Origin: an uncultured Salinisphaerales bacterium
Lineage (GTDB): Bacteria; Pseudomonadota; Gammaproteobacteria; Nevskiales; CAJXLF01
Length of the DNA stretch: 64,000 bases
Direction of reading: 5' to 3'
Assembly (NCBI GenBank): GCA_913055805.1
Contig: CAJXLF010000001.1
Coordinates: 146,761-210,760 of the forward strand
Shown here: piece after piece, positions 9,965-19,165 of the stretch
How positions within the stretch are numbered: position 1 is the first letter of the stretch
Layout: each line of letters opens with the position of its first letter
Notes under the pieces: model-generated
What the model was told of the DNA's origin: nothing
Seen by the model: the letters and a program-made list of their open reading frames with translations, nothing else
The model's database searches: none
Program-made: the position numbers and the translations under genes

Positions 9965-11119
9965 ATGACCGGCCCGACTTTCCAGAGAATAGCCCTGCTC
10001 GCGACATTGCTTGCGCTGGGCGTTGTCATGCTGGGCGCCTATGTACGCCTTTCGGATGCCGGGCTGGGTTGCCCGGACTGGCCGGTGTGTTACGGCCATC
10101 TGGCCTGGCCGACCGAGGATGAGCATATCGCCCGTGCCAACGAAGCATTTCCGGAGCGGCCGGTGGAGGTGCACAAGGCCTGGAAAGAACAGGTGCATAG
10201 ATTCTTTGCCGCTTCGCTGGGGGTGCTGGTGCTGACCCTGGCTTTGATGGCCAACTGGCAGCGGGCGGGGCGACGTGCCCTCATCCTGGTGTCTGCAGCG
10301 GCTGCGGCTGCCGGTACCGTGCTTTACGTCAAGCAGGCGTTGCTTGTCTCCTCACTGCTCTCGGCCCTGTCGGTGCTGTTGCCGATGATCGGTGTATTTG
10401 CATGGAAAGATCACTGGGCGGGGCGCTTCACGGCCGGGTTGCTGGCACTGATCATCGTACAGGCTGCGCTGGGCATGTGGACGGTCACCTTGCTGGTCAA
10501 GCCGATTATCGTGACCGGCCATCTGCTGGGCGGCATGGCCACGCTGGCCTTGCTGTTCCTGCTGACGCTTCGCAGTGGAAAAAGCGTCACTGCAGCGCCG
10601 CCCAGACGCCTCGCTCTGCTCAGAACGGGCGCCCTTGTCGGGTTGTGTGTGTTGCTCGTACAGATATTCCTCGGTGCATGGACCAGCACCAACTATGCGG
10701 CGCTGGCCTGTCCGGATTTCCCGACCTGTCAGACGCACTGGTGGCCGCCTACTGATTTTACGGAGGCCTTCACGCTGTGGCGTGGCCTGGGCGTGAATTA
10801 TGAATTCGGCGTACTGGAAAATACGCCGCGGGTAACCATCCATCTGACGCATCGTATCGGCGCTCTGATCACGGCTGCGGTCTTGCTGGGACTGGTCGTG
10901 CTGCCGCTGTTGCGTGAGCAGGCCGGCAGACTGAAGGCGCTGGGCGCCCTGGTGTTGGCTGCACTGCTACTGCAGATTACAGTCGGCATATCGGTGGTGT
11001 GGTTACACCTGCCATTACCGGTGGCGGTAGCGCATAACGGCGGCGCGGCACTGCTATTATTGAGTCTGGTGGCGGCGAACTCGGCGGTGAGGCCGCCCCG
11101 GATGGAGAGAGAGCGATGA
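9965..11119 (+). CDS. ctaA: heme A synthase (COX15/CtaA)
   Basis: Eight-TM protein with GLGCPDWPVCYG and ACPDFPTC motifs, typical of COX15. Confidence 0.9.
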   Translation: MTGPTFQRIALLATLLALGVVMLGAYVRLSDAGLGCPDWPVCYGHLAWPTEDEHIARANEAFPERPVEVHKAWKEQVHRFFAASLGVLVLTLALMANWQRAGRRALILVSAAAAAAGTVLYVKQALLVSSLLSALSVLLPMIGVFAWKDHWAGRFTAGLLALIIVQAALGMWTVTLLVKPIIVTGHLLGGMATLALLFLLTLRSGKSVTAAPPRRLALLRTGALVGLCVLLVQIFLGAWTSTNYAALACPDFPTCQTHWWPPTDFTEAFTLWRGLGVNYEFGVLENTPRVTIHLTHRIGALITAAVLLGLVVLPLLREQAGRLKALGALVLAALLLQITVGISVVWLHLPLPVAVAHNGGAALLLLSLVAANSAVRPPRMERER

Positions 11120-12033
11120 ATGCAGAGTCCATGACGATGCAGCAGAGCTGGCGTCAGCGCGCCAACGACTATTACGAACTGTGCAAACCCCGGGTGGTGA
11201 TGTTGATCGTCTTCACTGCCGTAGTGGGCATGTTTCTGGCCACTCCGGGCATGGTGCCCCTGACCCCGCTGTTGCTGGGTACGTTGGGCATTGGTCTGAT
11301 GGCAGCCTCGGCAGCAGCCGTGAATCAGGTGCTGGATTACCAGGTGGATGCGCGCATGGCGCGTACCTGTGGGCGTCCGGTGGTCACCGGCAATCTCTCG
11401 GTTCGTCAGTCGGTGCTGTTTGCTGCGCTGATCGGCGTGGCTGGTATGGTTGTGTTGTATGTATGGGTCAACCCGCTCACAGCCTGGCTCACCCTGCTCA
11501 CCCTGGTGGGCTATGCAGGTGTTTACACCATCTATCTCAAGCGGGCCACGCCGCAGAATATTGTCATCGGTGGTGCGGCTGGTGCGGCGCCGCCGATTCT
11601 TGGCTGGACGGCGGTCACCGGCCAGCTGGACCCGGAACCCCTGCTGCTGTTTCTGATCATCTTCGTGTGGACCCCGCCGCACTTCTGGGCGCTGGCGATT
11701 GAGCGGCACAAGGAGTACGCCGAGGTGGAAATTCCGATGCTGCCGGTAACCCACGGCCTGGAGTTCACCCGCACCCAGGTGCTGTTGTATACGCTGCTGC
11801 TGATCGCGGTCAGTCTCATGCCCTACGTCTATGGCATGAGTGGGGTGCTCTATCTGGCCGGCGCGCTGCTGCTGGGCATCATGTTCCTGGTCTATGCCTG
11901 GAAACTGAAATTCAAGCCCAGACCGGGTCTGTCCATGCGTACCTTCGGCTTCTCCATTGTCTACCTCATGGGTATCTTTACCCTGCTGCTGGTGGATCAC
12001 TACATACCCGCGATGATGGGACTGTTTGGCTGA
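11116..12033 (+). CDS. cyoE: protoheme IX farnesyltransferase (heme O synthase)
   Basis: UbiA-family motifs (NQVLDYQVDARMARTCGRP, WTPPHFWALA). ATGA overlap with ctaA. Confidence 0.93.
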   Translation: MNAESMTMQQSWRQRANDYYELCKPRVVMLIVFTAVVGMFLATPGMVPLTPLLLGTLGIGLMAASAAAVNQVLDYQVDARMARTCGRPVVTGNLSVRQSVLFAALIGVAGMVVLYVWVNPLTAWLTLLTLVGYAGVYTIYLKRATPQNIVIGGAAGAAPPILGWTAVTGQLDPEPLLLFLIIFVWTPPHFWALAIERHKEYAEVEIPMLPVTHGLEFTRTQVLLYTLLLIAVSLMPYVYGMSGVLYLAGALLLGIMFLVYAWKLKFKPRPGLSMRTFGFSIVYLMGIFTLLLVDHYIPAMMGLFG

Positions 12034-12073
12034 CGCCGGACCGCACTCACTGTAAAGCCTCTAGAATGTTCAC

Positions 12074-13504
12074 ATGAGGCGGGAATACTTTCTGAAGTTC
12101 GGCTTGTCGGCCGTTTTGCTGGCGCTGGCAGGTTGTGCGTCCGTGCCGGGTACGCCGCCGCCGACGGTGGTATCGGCCTGCCTGCAGCAATTTCAGAATC
12201 TTGATGCTCGGTTGAGCAGAGCCGGCCTGCATGATGCAGGCGCTTATCGGATTCCCGGATTTCCCTTTTTGCGCAGCACACGCTTTACCGCTTCCTTTGC
12301 ACATGAACTGCAGGGCAGGGCGCAGTGGCATGAGTGGCTGAGTGCTTTGCGCGACGAGGATCAACAGGCGCGTGAGCATGAGCTGCGTAATCTGGGTCTG
12401 CCCGATTCCGCCCGGCAGGCCCAGGTACTGGCCCAGTGTGGCGAGCAATTGATTGGCAAGCTGCTGGACGACGACAAGCGTCTCATGCAACTGGCCGCAA
12501 GGGCGGAAGTGCCGGATGACTATTCGACCCTGGCGCGTATTCTGGGCGCCTATCCTCTGGCTGTGCCGTTTCTGCGTCAGGGTGTGGCGGGTTACCAGGA
12601 TGAAGTACGCCAGAATTTCTCAAGGCCATTGCGCGGCGATGCCATTGCTTATGTGCCGGACGCGCCGTCGGTCGATGCCAAACGCTTGAGTCGGTCGTTG
12701 GCGCGTGCGCCACGCGACACCCTTGGCCGTCCTGTGCTGACATCTGACATGAAGGCGCAACTGCTGCGCGTGCATGCGCCAGTCTGGTCGGTAGAGGTAG
12801 AGGGCAATGCCGACAGTCCCGGCCGTCTTGTTTCAAATCAGGAGCGGGTCATGGTCGTCACGGATGAGGCTGTGCTGTACACCCGAATCGGCCATACCCG
12901 TTTTGCTGACCAGGTATTCCTGCAACTGATCTATACCCTCTGGTTTCCCGCTCGGCCACATGAGGGTCCGGTGGACCCCTATGCCGGCGATTTTGATGCG
13001 GTCGTCTGGCGTGTCACGCTCGGCAATGACGGTGAGCCCGTAGCCTATGACAGTATTCACGCCTGCGGTTGTTACCATTATTTCTTCCCGGCCAGGGACT
13101 GGCCCCGGCGGCCGCAGGATGACTGGTGGCAGGAGCCGGTTATCCATCCACAGGACAACCTGCCGTCGCCACCACTGGCCCTGCGTATCCAGGCCGGCAC
13201 ACATTATCTGATTCGAGTGTTGCCGCGCTCGGCGGTGCGGGATGTAGACACGCGCAGGTATCGGCTGCAGCCCTATGCAACGCTGCGCAGCCTTGAGGAT
13301 GCGGGGGGCGGACATCAAAGCCTGTTCGGCGCTGATGGTCTGGTAGCCGACAGCGAACGCCTGGAACGCTTCTGGTTATGGCCAACCGGCGTCGTCAGCC
13401 CTGGCGCCATGCGGCAATGGGGGCGGCATGCCACTGCTTTTGTCGGACGGCGTCATTTTGATGATGCACGTCTGCTCGAGAGTTTTCTTTCTGAGCCCCG
13501 CTGA
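12074..13504 (+). CDS. hypothetical lipoprotein (476 aa)
   Basis: Signal peptide with lipobox LALAGC. Coding-like composition, no family recognised. Confidence 0.55.
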   Translation: MRREYFLKFGLSAVLLALAGCASVPGTPPPTVVSACLQQFQNLDARLSRAGLHDAGAYRIPGFPFLRSTRFTASFAHELQGRAQWHEWLSALRDEDQQAREHELRNLGLPDSARQAQVLAQCGEQLIGKLLDDDKRLMQLAARAEVPDDYSTLARILGAYPLAVPFLRQGVAGYQDEVRQNFSRPLRGDAIAYVPDAPSVDAKRLSRSLARAPRDTLGRPVLTSDMKAQLLRVHAPVWSVEVEGNADSPGRLVSNQERVMVVTDEAVLYTRIGHTRFADQVFLQLIYTLWFPARPHEGPVDPYAGDFDAVVWRVTLGNDGEPVAYDSIHACGCYHYFFPARDWPRRPQDDWWQEPVIHPQDNLPSPPLALRIQAGTHYLIRVLPRSAVRDVDTRRYRLQPYATLRSLEDAGGGHQSLFGADGLVADSERLERFWLWPTGVVSPGAMRQWGRHATAFVGRRHFDDARLLESFLSEPR

Positions 13505-13623
13505 TCAAAGATATTTCTGTCGTGTTTTTGCAGAAAAATGACCTTGGCGTCATAATTTGCCCATGCTGGCGCCCCGTAAGGGAAGAGACGGGCGCCTTGA
13601 CCTACCTTCAGGCATAGATAGTC

Positions 13624-14265
13624 ATGAATGAGCTAGCGATTCAGGAATTCGAGCCGCAGGACGCAGAGGCGGTCGGCAAACGCGAGCGTAACAAGCTGCG
13701 CAATCGGCAATTGATCATGGAAGCGGCACGGCGTTGTTTTATCGAGAATGGCTACGATGCCGTGACGGTGCGCGACATTATTGGTGAAACCGATCTGGCC
13801 TCTGGAACTTACTACAATTATTTTCCGGACAAGGCGGCCGTGTTCAAGGCGCTGGTGGAAGACAGCATGGTCGCCATGAACCAGCGTCTGCATGAGGTAC
13901 GCAGCAGCGCGCGGTCGATGGAGGAATTTCTCTACGGGGCTTATCTGACTGCGTTCCAGACCGTGGCGGATGATCCCCTGTTCTTTGCCTTTATTCTGCG
14001 TAATGAACCCGTGGTGCGGGACTTCTACGAAGATACCGTGTTCGGGATATCCATCAATACCCTGAAAAAGGACATCAAGGATGCTGTGGTCCGCGGTCTG
14101 TTGCCCATGACCGATATCGAGTTCCTGGCTGCCGCTTTTTATGGTGTGGGTTACGAAATGTCACGTAGCCTGGCTGCACGTGAGATCAAGGATCCGGAAA
14201 GGGCGGCGCGCATGGCTACGGATCTGCTTATGCGTGGCGTGCAATCCGTGGGGCAGCGAGCCTGA
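13624..14265 (+). CDS. TetR family transcriptional regulator
   Basis: N-terminal TetR HTH (RNRQLIMEAARRCFIENGYDAVTVRDIIGETDLASGTYYNYFPDK). Confidence 0.85.
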   Translation: MNELAIQEFEPQDAEAVGKRERNKLRNRQLIMEAARRCFIENGYDAVTVRDIIGETDLASGTYYNYFPDKAAVFKALVEDSMVAMNQRLHEVRSSARSMEEFLYGAYLTAFQTVADDPLFFAFILRNEPVVRDFYEDTVFGISINTLKKDIKDAVVRGLLPMTDIEFLAAAFYGVGYEMSRSLAAREIKDPERAARMATDLLMRGVQSVGQRA

Positions 14266-14282
14266 TCAGGCAATAGCAGGCA

Positions 14283-14290
14283 ATAAAAAA
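14283..14290. repeat. left copy of 8-bp target site duplication ATAAAAAA
   Basis: Identical octamer at 16455-16462, immediately outside the two terminal inverted repeats. Confidence 0.8.
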
Positions 14291-14316
14291 GGGTCTTATA
14301 TACATAACAAACCCAC
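14291..14316. repeat. IS terminal inverted repeat (left)
   Basis: See mobile element; 24/26 match to the reverse complement of 16429-16454. Confidence 0.85.
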
Positions 14317-14369
14317 TATTAATGGGCTATGCTCGGACTCCCGCTAATAACTAACTGGGAGACTGGCTT

Positions 14370-14558
14370 ATGGCCGAATATGATTTGGATGCCGAAATCG
14401 GTGCTTTGCAGTTTTTAGTTCTGACCCTAATCGCTTCTCATCCTGATGCTGAGAAGCTGCTTCACGAGTTTGATTACAGGATGAAGGGGACAAGGATGAG
14501 TCAGAACATGTTGGAAACGTTGACCCGTTATCGTCGCCATGTTGAATCTGCGATCTAA
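14370..14558 (+). CDS. hypothetical small protein (62 aa), IS passenger
   Basis: ATG preceded by GGGAGA. Followed by the hairpin terminator at 14605-14636. No family recognised. Confidence 0.4.
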   Translation: MAEYDLDAEIGALQFLVLTLIASHPDAEKLLHEFDYRMKGTRMSQNMLETLTRYRRHVESAI

Positions 14559-14604
14559 GCGGTTCCGGCAAATCATACAAATACATTTTTGACTCCATAA
14601 CGAC

Positions 14605-14636
14605 GAAGCCCGCTATTCAGCGGGCTTCTTCTTTTC
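14605..14636. terminator. rho-independent terminator inside the IS
   Basis: GAAGCCCGC-TATTCA-GCGGGCTTC, a perfect 9-bp stem followed by TTCTTTTCC. Lies between the convergent passenger genes. Confidence 0.6.
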
Positions 14637-14729
14637 CGGTTTCTGTTTGGGTTTGGGCGGCGTGTTTAGCATTCGCCGGAGTATTTCATCCATTCTCCGC
14701 TTGGTTTCTCTATCTTCGTTTTGGCTCAT
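14613..14729 (-). CDS. possible 38-aa basic/Pro-rich peptide
   Basis: Hand-read: MSQNEDRETKRRMDEILRRMLNTPPKPKQKPEKKKPAE. Its ATG overlaps the stop of the 108-aa ORF (ATGA). Its stop lies in the terminator loop. Very short, so weak. Confidence 0.25.
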   Translation of the reverse strand: MSQNEDRETKRRMDEILRRMLNTPPKPKQKPEKKKPAE

Positions 14730-15052
14730 TTCTTCAGTACCTTTGCTGCGCCAAGCGCCTTATCTACCGCCTGCTCAACAATGCTGATATCAAAGCGTTC
14801 GGCGAGAACCAACAACAGCAAAACTTCGAGGGCGAGTATCGAAACCGGCCCGGCCCAGCTCTGCATGGAGGAAAAAACATGTATATCTAGAACAATGGTA
14901 CCAACCAGAATGAATAGAAAAACATCTACTTTTCTGGCTTTTTGCTCTGCCGCCAAGTCTTCTTGCAGTTCGTTTATTTGGCGGTCTTTCGGAGTTTCTT
15001 GGGCTTCTTTTCCAAGCGAATCAAACTCTGTTCCGGATTCCTTATTTGCCAT
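14726..15052 (-). CDS. small 2-TM membrane protein (108 aa), candidate toxin partner of the Panacea-domain protein
   Basis: Charged N-terminal segment, then two hydrophobic helices (VDVFLFILVGTIVLDIHVFSSM and VSILALEVLLLLVLA). Overlaps the upstream gene by 11 nt. The toxin role is inference. Confidence 0.55.
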   Translation of the reverse strand: MANKESGTEFDSLGKEAQETPKDRQINELQEDLAAEQKARKVDVFLFILVGTIVLDIHVFSSMQSWAGPVSILALEVLLLLVLAERFDISIVEQAVDKALGAAKVLKK

Positions 15053-15494
15053 CGAATCTCATCCTATATTCGGCGAGGATGTCTTCGTTTGGAATAATCG
15101 CGCCGTGCCCAGGAAAATAATTCTTCGCCCAAGCACCCTTTTCGTCATGCGTGATAGCCACTAGCCTGCTTGGCGCAAGCTTGGACAAACTGTCTACGGC
15201 ACCCTCCAAAAAATCAGACAAGTCCTGATCTGCAATATCTGGAACAGAATGAAATACATTCTTTACAGGCTTTTTCCCGAAAGCCTTTACCTGATGATAA
15301 ACAGGCGGATTCACGGGGCCGTAGTCCCATGCCTCAAAATTGCCGTCAATCAGCGGATCGCCGTCTTGCTGGCCCATGTAAACCATGTGTGCCAGATAAA
15401 GGATTTTCTGCAATTGGAGATTGGAAATTCCCCAGTCGGATAATCTGCAAATTTCCTTGGCTACTGATAATGATGAAATCGCCATTTTTAACAC
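15042..15494 (-). CDS. Panacea (DUF4065, SocA/GepA-like) domain protein, putative antitoxin
   Basis: NLQLQKILYLAHMVYMGQQDGDPLIDGNFEAWDYGPVNPPVYHQVK matches the hallmark LQKLLY...PL..FEAW.YGPV.P.VY pattern of DUF4065. Overlaps the transposase stop by 7 nt. Confidence 0.75.
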   Translation of the reverse strand: MLKMAISSLSVAKEICRLSDWGISNLQLQKILYLAHMVYMGQQDGDPLIDGNFEAWDYGPVNPPVYHQVKAFGKKPVKNVFHSVPDIADQDLSDFLEGAVDSLSKLAPSRLVAITHDEKGAWAKNYFPGHGAIIPNEDILAEYRMRFDGK

Positions 15495-16387
15495 TCCTTG
15501 TACAGGAGCCTCTTCCCCGATATTCCCATCATAACAACATGGGCGCGTTCCATGTCACTTATATGGCGATGGTTATATCGAAAATCAAACTCGCCGACAT
15601 ACCGCTTCAAATGCTGTTCGCCTACGTGGTGATAAGTACCCACAAGGCCGCGCTTCAGAATGCTGAAGTAGCTTTCAATCGTGTTCGTGTGGACGTCGCC
15701 ACGCACATACTCACCGATGCCATGCGACACCACGCCATGATCGGCAAACTCGCGGCCAACCTTCGTGTAAACGCTGGCTTCGTCGGTCATGATCTTGGCT
15801 TCAGCGGCTACCTGTTCCTTGATGATTGGCTTCAGGGTGTCGCCGTTCACGCGGGGAACGTGGAAACTGCGAGCCTTGCCGCCGCGTTCAACCAGCGTGA
15901 AGATTTTCATCTTGTGGTCATAGCCGCGAGCAGTCTTGCCTTTCTTCTTGCTGGTGCCCCAGTAGGTTTCATCAATCTCAACCGTACCGCCGCCAGCACC
16001 GAAGATACCGCCATCTTCCTTCATGGCCTCACGGATACGGTGAGTCATGAACCACGCAGATTTGTACGTGATTCCTAGCATGCGATGAAGTTGGTGGCTG
16101 CTAATGCCTTTCTTGCTGGCACTCATCAGATAGACCGCCATCAGCCACTTGTTCAGCGGAATCTTGCTGCGCTCAAACACAGTGCCCACAGTTACAGAGA
16201 ATTGCTTACGGCATTTGTACTCGCCGCACTTGTACAGACCGGGGCGGGCGCTCTTGCCAGTAATGGCATACGCCTTATCCTCAACTCCGCAATGAGGGCA
16301 AACCGGGCCATTGGGCCAACGGATTTCCTCAAGGTATTCGCGGGCTTTATCGGCGTCTTGGAACTGTGGGGCGGTTAAGTTGCACAT
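15488..16387 (-). CDS. IS1595 family transposase (ISXO2-like DDE domain with N-terminal zinc ribbon)
   Basis: N-terminal CPHCG...YKCGEYKCRKQFSVTVGTVFERSKIPLNKWLMAVYLM, KGISSHQLHRMLGITYKSAWFMTHRIREAM and VEIDETYWG are characteristic of IS1595-family transposases. Confidence 0.9.
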   Translation of the reverse strand: MCNLTAPQFQDADKAREYLEEIRWPNGPVCPHCGVEDKAYAITGKSARPGLYKCGEYKCRKQFSVTVGTVFERSKIPLNKWLMAVYLMSASKKGISSHQLHRMLGITYKSAWFMTHRIREAMKEDGGIFGAGGGTVEIDETYWGTSKKKGKTARGYDHKMKIFTLVERGGKARSFHVPRVNGDTLKPIIKEQVAAEAKIMTDEASVYTKVGREFADHGVVSHGIGEYVRGDVHTNTIESYFSILKRGLVGTYHHVGEQHLKRYVGEFDFRYNHRHISDMERAHVVMMGISGKRLLYKEC

Positions 16388-16428
16388 GGCTTTGTCTCCA
16401 AACTACAACTTAACTGTAATCCTTTACT

Positions 16429-16454
16429 GTGGGTTTGTCAAGTATATAAGACCC
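16429..16454. repeat. IS terminal inverted repeat (right)
   Basis: Reverse complement matches 14291-14316 at 24/26 positions. Confidence 0.85.
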
Positions 16455-16462
16455 ATAAAAAA
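16455..16462. repeat. right copy of 8-bp target site duplication ATAAAAAA
   Basis: Identical to 14283-14290. Confidence 0.8.
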
Positions 16463-16487
16463 ACCCGGCCATGGCCGGGTTTTTTTA
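16456..16487. terminator. bidirectional rho-independent terminator (rpoH side intact, tetR side displaced by the IS)
   Basis: AAAAAAA-CCCGGCCATGGCCGGG-TTTTTTT, 19 nt downstream of the rpoH stop. The A-tract is the IS target site. Confidence 0.65.
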
Positions 16488-16505
16488 TGCGGAAGCGGGA
16501 GTACC

Positions 16506-17399
<894 letters not shown>

Positions 17400-17493
17400 T
17401 ATTTTAACCCGATTAGCACTCTCATCAATAGAGTGCCAGGTGTTAGAGGAACCATGTCGGGAAAAGTTCCCTCTTGTGCGGGCAGGCGGCGGC

Positions 17494-18465
17494 TTACTTG
17501 GGCTCGATGGCCTGCAGATGACGGGTTACAGTCCACCATGAGCCGGTCCAGCCAAGCGCAATGCCGGCCAGAAACAGTAGCACAGTCGCTTCGAAGTTGA
17601 GGCCACTGAGGCTGAAATCACTCTGATACAGACCGGCCAGATGACGCACCGGGCCGGACAGCACACCCAGCACGATCTGCAGCAGCAGCCAGGCCACGAT
17701 GCCGCCGCAGAGGCCGTACCAGACGCCTGTGTACAGGAAGGGCCGGCGCACAAAGGCATTGGTCGCGCCGAGCAGTTTCATGACCTCGATTTCCGCTTTG
17801 CGGTTCTGGATATCCAGGCGGATGGTATTGCCCACCGTAACGATGACCGCCAACGCCAGCAGAAGAGCCAGCGCCTGCACGATGTGCTGCACGATGATGA
17901 GTATGCCGTTAAGGCGCTCCAGCCAGGACTGATCGATACGGGCGCTGTCCACGCCCTTGGTCAGCGAGAGTTCCTTGAGCAGATCCTCGATCTGCAGGGC
18001 GCTGGCGGTGGCTACCGGCTGTACGGCGATCACCGCGGGCAGCGGGTTTTCCTCAAGCAAATCCAGGGCAGCGCCGAAACCGGAGAGTTCACGGAATTCC
18101 GCCAGAGCCTTCTCGCGTGATATGTACTCGGTCTCTTCAACTTCAGGATGTTCGGCAATGCGCGTCGCCATTTGCCGGCCCTGTTCTTCGCTCAGGTCGT
18201 CTGACAGGAATACCGATGCCTGCACCGTGCGCTCCCAGGAAAAGCTCAGGGCGTCCATATTCTGCACCAGCAAATGCAGGGCGGCGGGCAGGGCCAGGGT
18301 GATGCCGATCACCAGCGCGGTCAGCAGGCTGGAGAGAGGGTGCCGGGTCAGTTTCCCTGCGCTGAAAAAGAAGGCGCGCGCATGATTCTGTCCGAGACTG
18401 GTCAGCAGTCCGGCCTGCGGCCCGGTGCGCTTGTTAGTCGCGGGCTGGGGAGTCTGTCTGCTCAT
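17494..18465 (-). CDS. ftsX: cell division ABC transporter permease FtsX
   Basis: FtsX topology and sequence; ATGA-type overlap with ftsE; conserved ftsYEX-rpoH order. Confidence 0.9.
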   Translation of the reverse strand: MSRQTPQPATNKRTGPQAGLLTSLGQNHARAFFFSAGKLTRHPLSSLLTALVIGITLALPAALHLLVQNMDALSFSWERTVQASVFLSDDLSEEQGRQMATRIAEHPEVEETEYISREKALAEFRELSGFGAALDLLEENPLPAVIAVQPVATASALQIEDLLKELSLTKGVDSARIDQSWLERLNGILIIVQHIVQALALLLALAVIVTVGNTIRLDIQNRKAEIEVMKLLGATNAFVRRPFLYTGVWYGLCGGIVAWLLLQIVLGVLSGPVRHLAGLYQSDFSLSGLNFEATVLLFLAGIALGWTGSWWTVTRHLQAIEPK

Positions 18466-19160
18466 GCCGGCACCGGTCCGGGTATGGCGTCCGACATCAC
18501 CTTGCCTTCTTCAATGTGAATGATGCGTCGGTTCATACGGCGGATCAGGGCAACATTGTGGCTCGCGATCAGGGTGCTTACGCCCACTTCGTTGAGTCGG
18601 CGGAAGAGATTCATGATGTCCAGGGAAAGGTCCGGGTCCAGATTGCCGGTGGGTTCGTCAGCCAGCAGCAGGAATGGCTTGCAGACGATGGCGCGGGCAA
18701 TGGCTACGCGTTGCTGTTCACCACCGGACAGGGTAATGGGCTCGGCACGTTCCTTCTTCAACAGGTTGACCGTATCCAGAGCCGCACGCACACGCCGCGC
18801 AATGTCCTGGTGGCGCAGCCCGCGGATCACCAGTGGCAGGGCGACATTATCGAAGACACTGCGGTCATAAAGCAGGTTGTAGTGCTGGAAGATGATGCCC
18901 AGTCCCAGGCGGTAGGCGGGAATGTGATGGCGCTTGAGTTGCGACAGGTTGACGCCGTTCACAATGATGTTGCCGCGGGTCGGGCGTTCGATCAGCGCGA
19001 TGAGCTTGAGGAAGGTACTCTTGCCGGCGCCCGAATGGCCGGTAAGAAAGGCCATTTCGCCGTGTCCCAGCTTGAAATCCAGTCGATCCAGAGCGTCGCC
19101 ACTTCCGGGGTAGCGCTTGCTTACTCCGTGAAACTCGACAATGTTCTGTCCGGTAGCCAT
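18462..19160 (-). CDS. ftsE: cell division ATP-binding protein FtsE
   Basis: Walker A GHSGAGKST, ABC signature LSGGEQQR, Walker B LLLADEPT. Confidence 0.93.
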   Translation of the reverse strand: MATGQNIVEFHGVSKRYPGSGDALDRLDFKLGHGEMAFLTGHSGAGKSTFLKLIALIERPTRGNIIVNGVNLSQLKRHHIPAYRLGLGIIFQHYNLLYDRSVFDNVALPLVIRGLRHQDIARRVRAALDTVNLLKKERAEPITLSGGEQQRVAIARAIVCKPFLLLADEPTGNLDPDLSLDIMNLFRRLNEVGVSTLIASHNVALIRRMNRRIIHIEEGKVMSDAIPGPVPA

Positions 19161-19165
19161 AAGGA

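Larger units (their letters stand above)
14291..16454 (-). mobile_element. IS1595-family insertion sequence carrying passenger genes (2164 bp)
   Basis: 26-bp terminal inverted repeats (14291-14316 GGGTCTTATATACATAACAAACCCAC; reverse complement of 16429-16454 GGGTCTTATATACTTGACAAACCCAC; 24/26 match). Perfect 8-bp direct repeat ATAAAAAA on both sides. Encodes an IS1595-type transposase. Visibly AT-richer than the flanks. Confidence 0.85.

Noticed and set aside
10798-12000. 400-aa ORF on the minus strand
   Set aside because: It is antisense to cyoE (clear UbiA-family motifs). The same reasoning applies to 29426-30658 (+, antisense to ahcY), 35826-36938 (+), 20218-21027 (+), 28289-29122 (+) and 688-1410 (-).
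13538-13553. ATGAC-N6-GTCAT as the TetR operator
   Set aside because: The arms are only 5 bp and do not extend, so the pattern is easily produced by chance. Not reported as a feature.
15170-16078. 302-aa plus-strand ORF inside the IS (and 14721-15164 plus strand)
   Set aside because: These are antisense to the IS1595 transposase and to the Panacea and 2-TM genes, which have recognisable features and operon-like overlaps. No family features of their own.
17400-17493. Hairpin GCACTCT-N7-AGAGTGC between ftsX and rpoH as a regulatory RNA element
   Set aside because: It is a short 7-bp stem without a U-tract, and I have no conservation information. It could equally be a chance palindrome in the rpoH promoter region.
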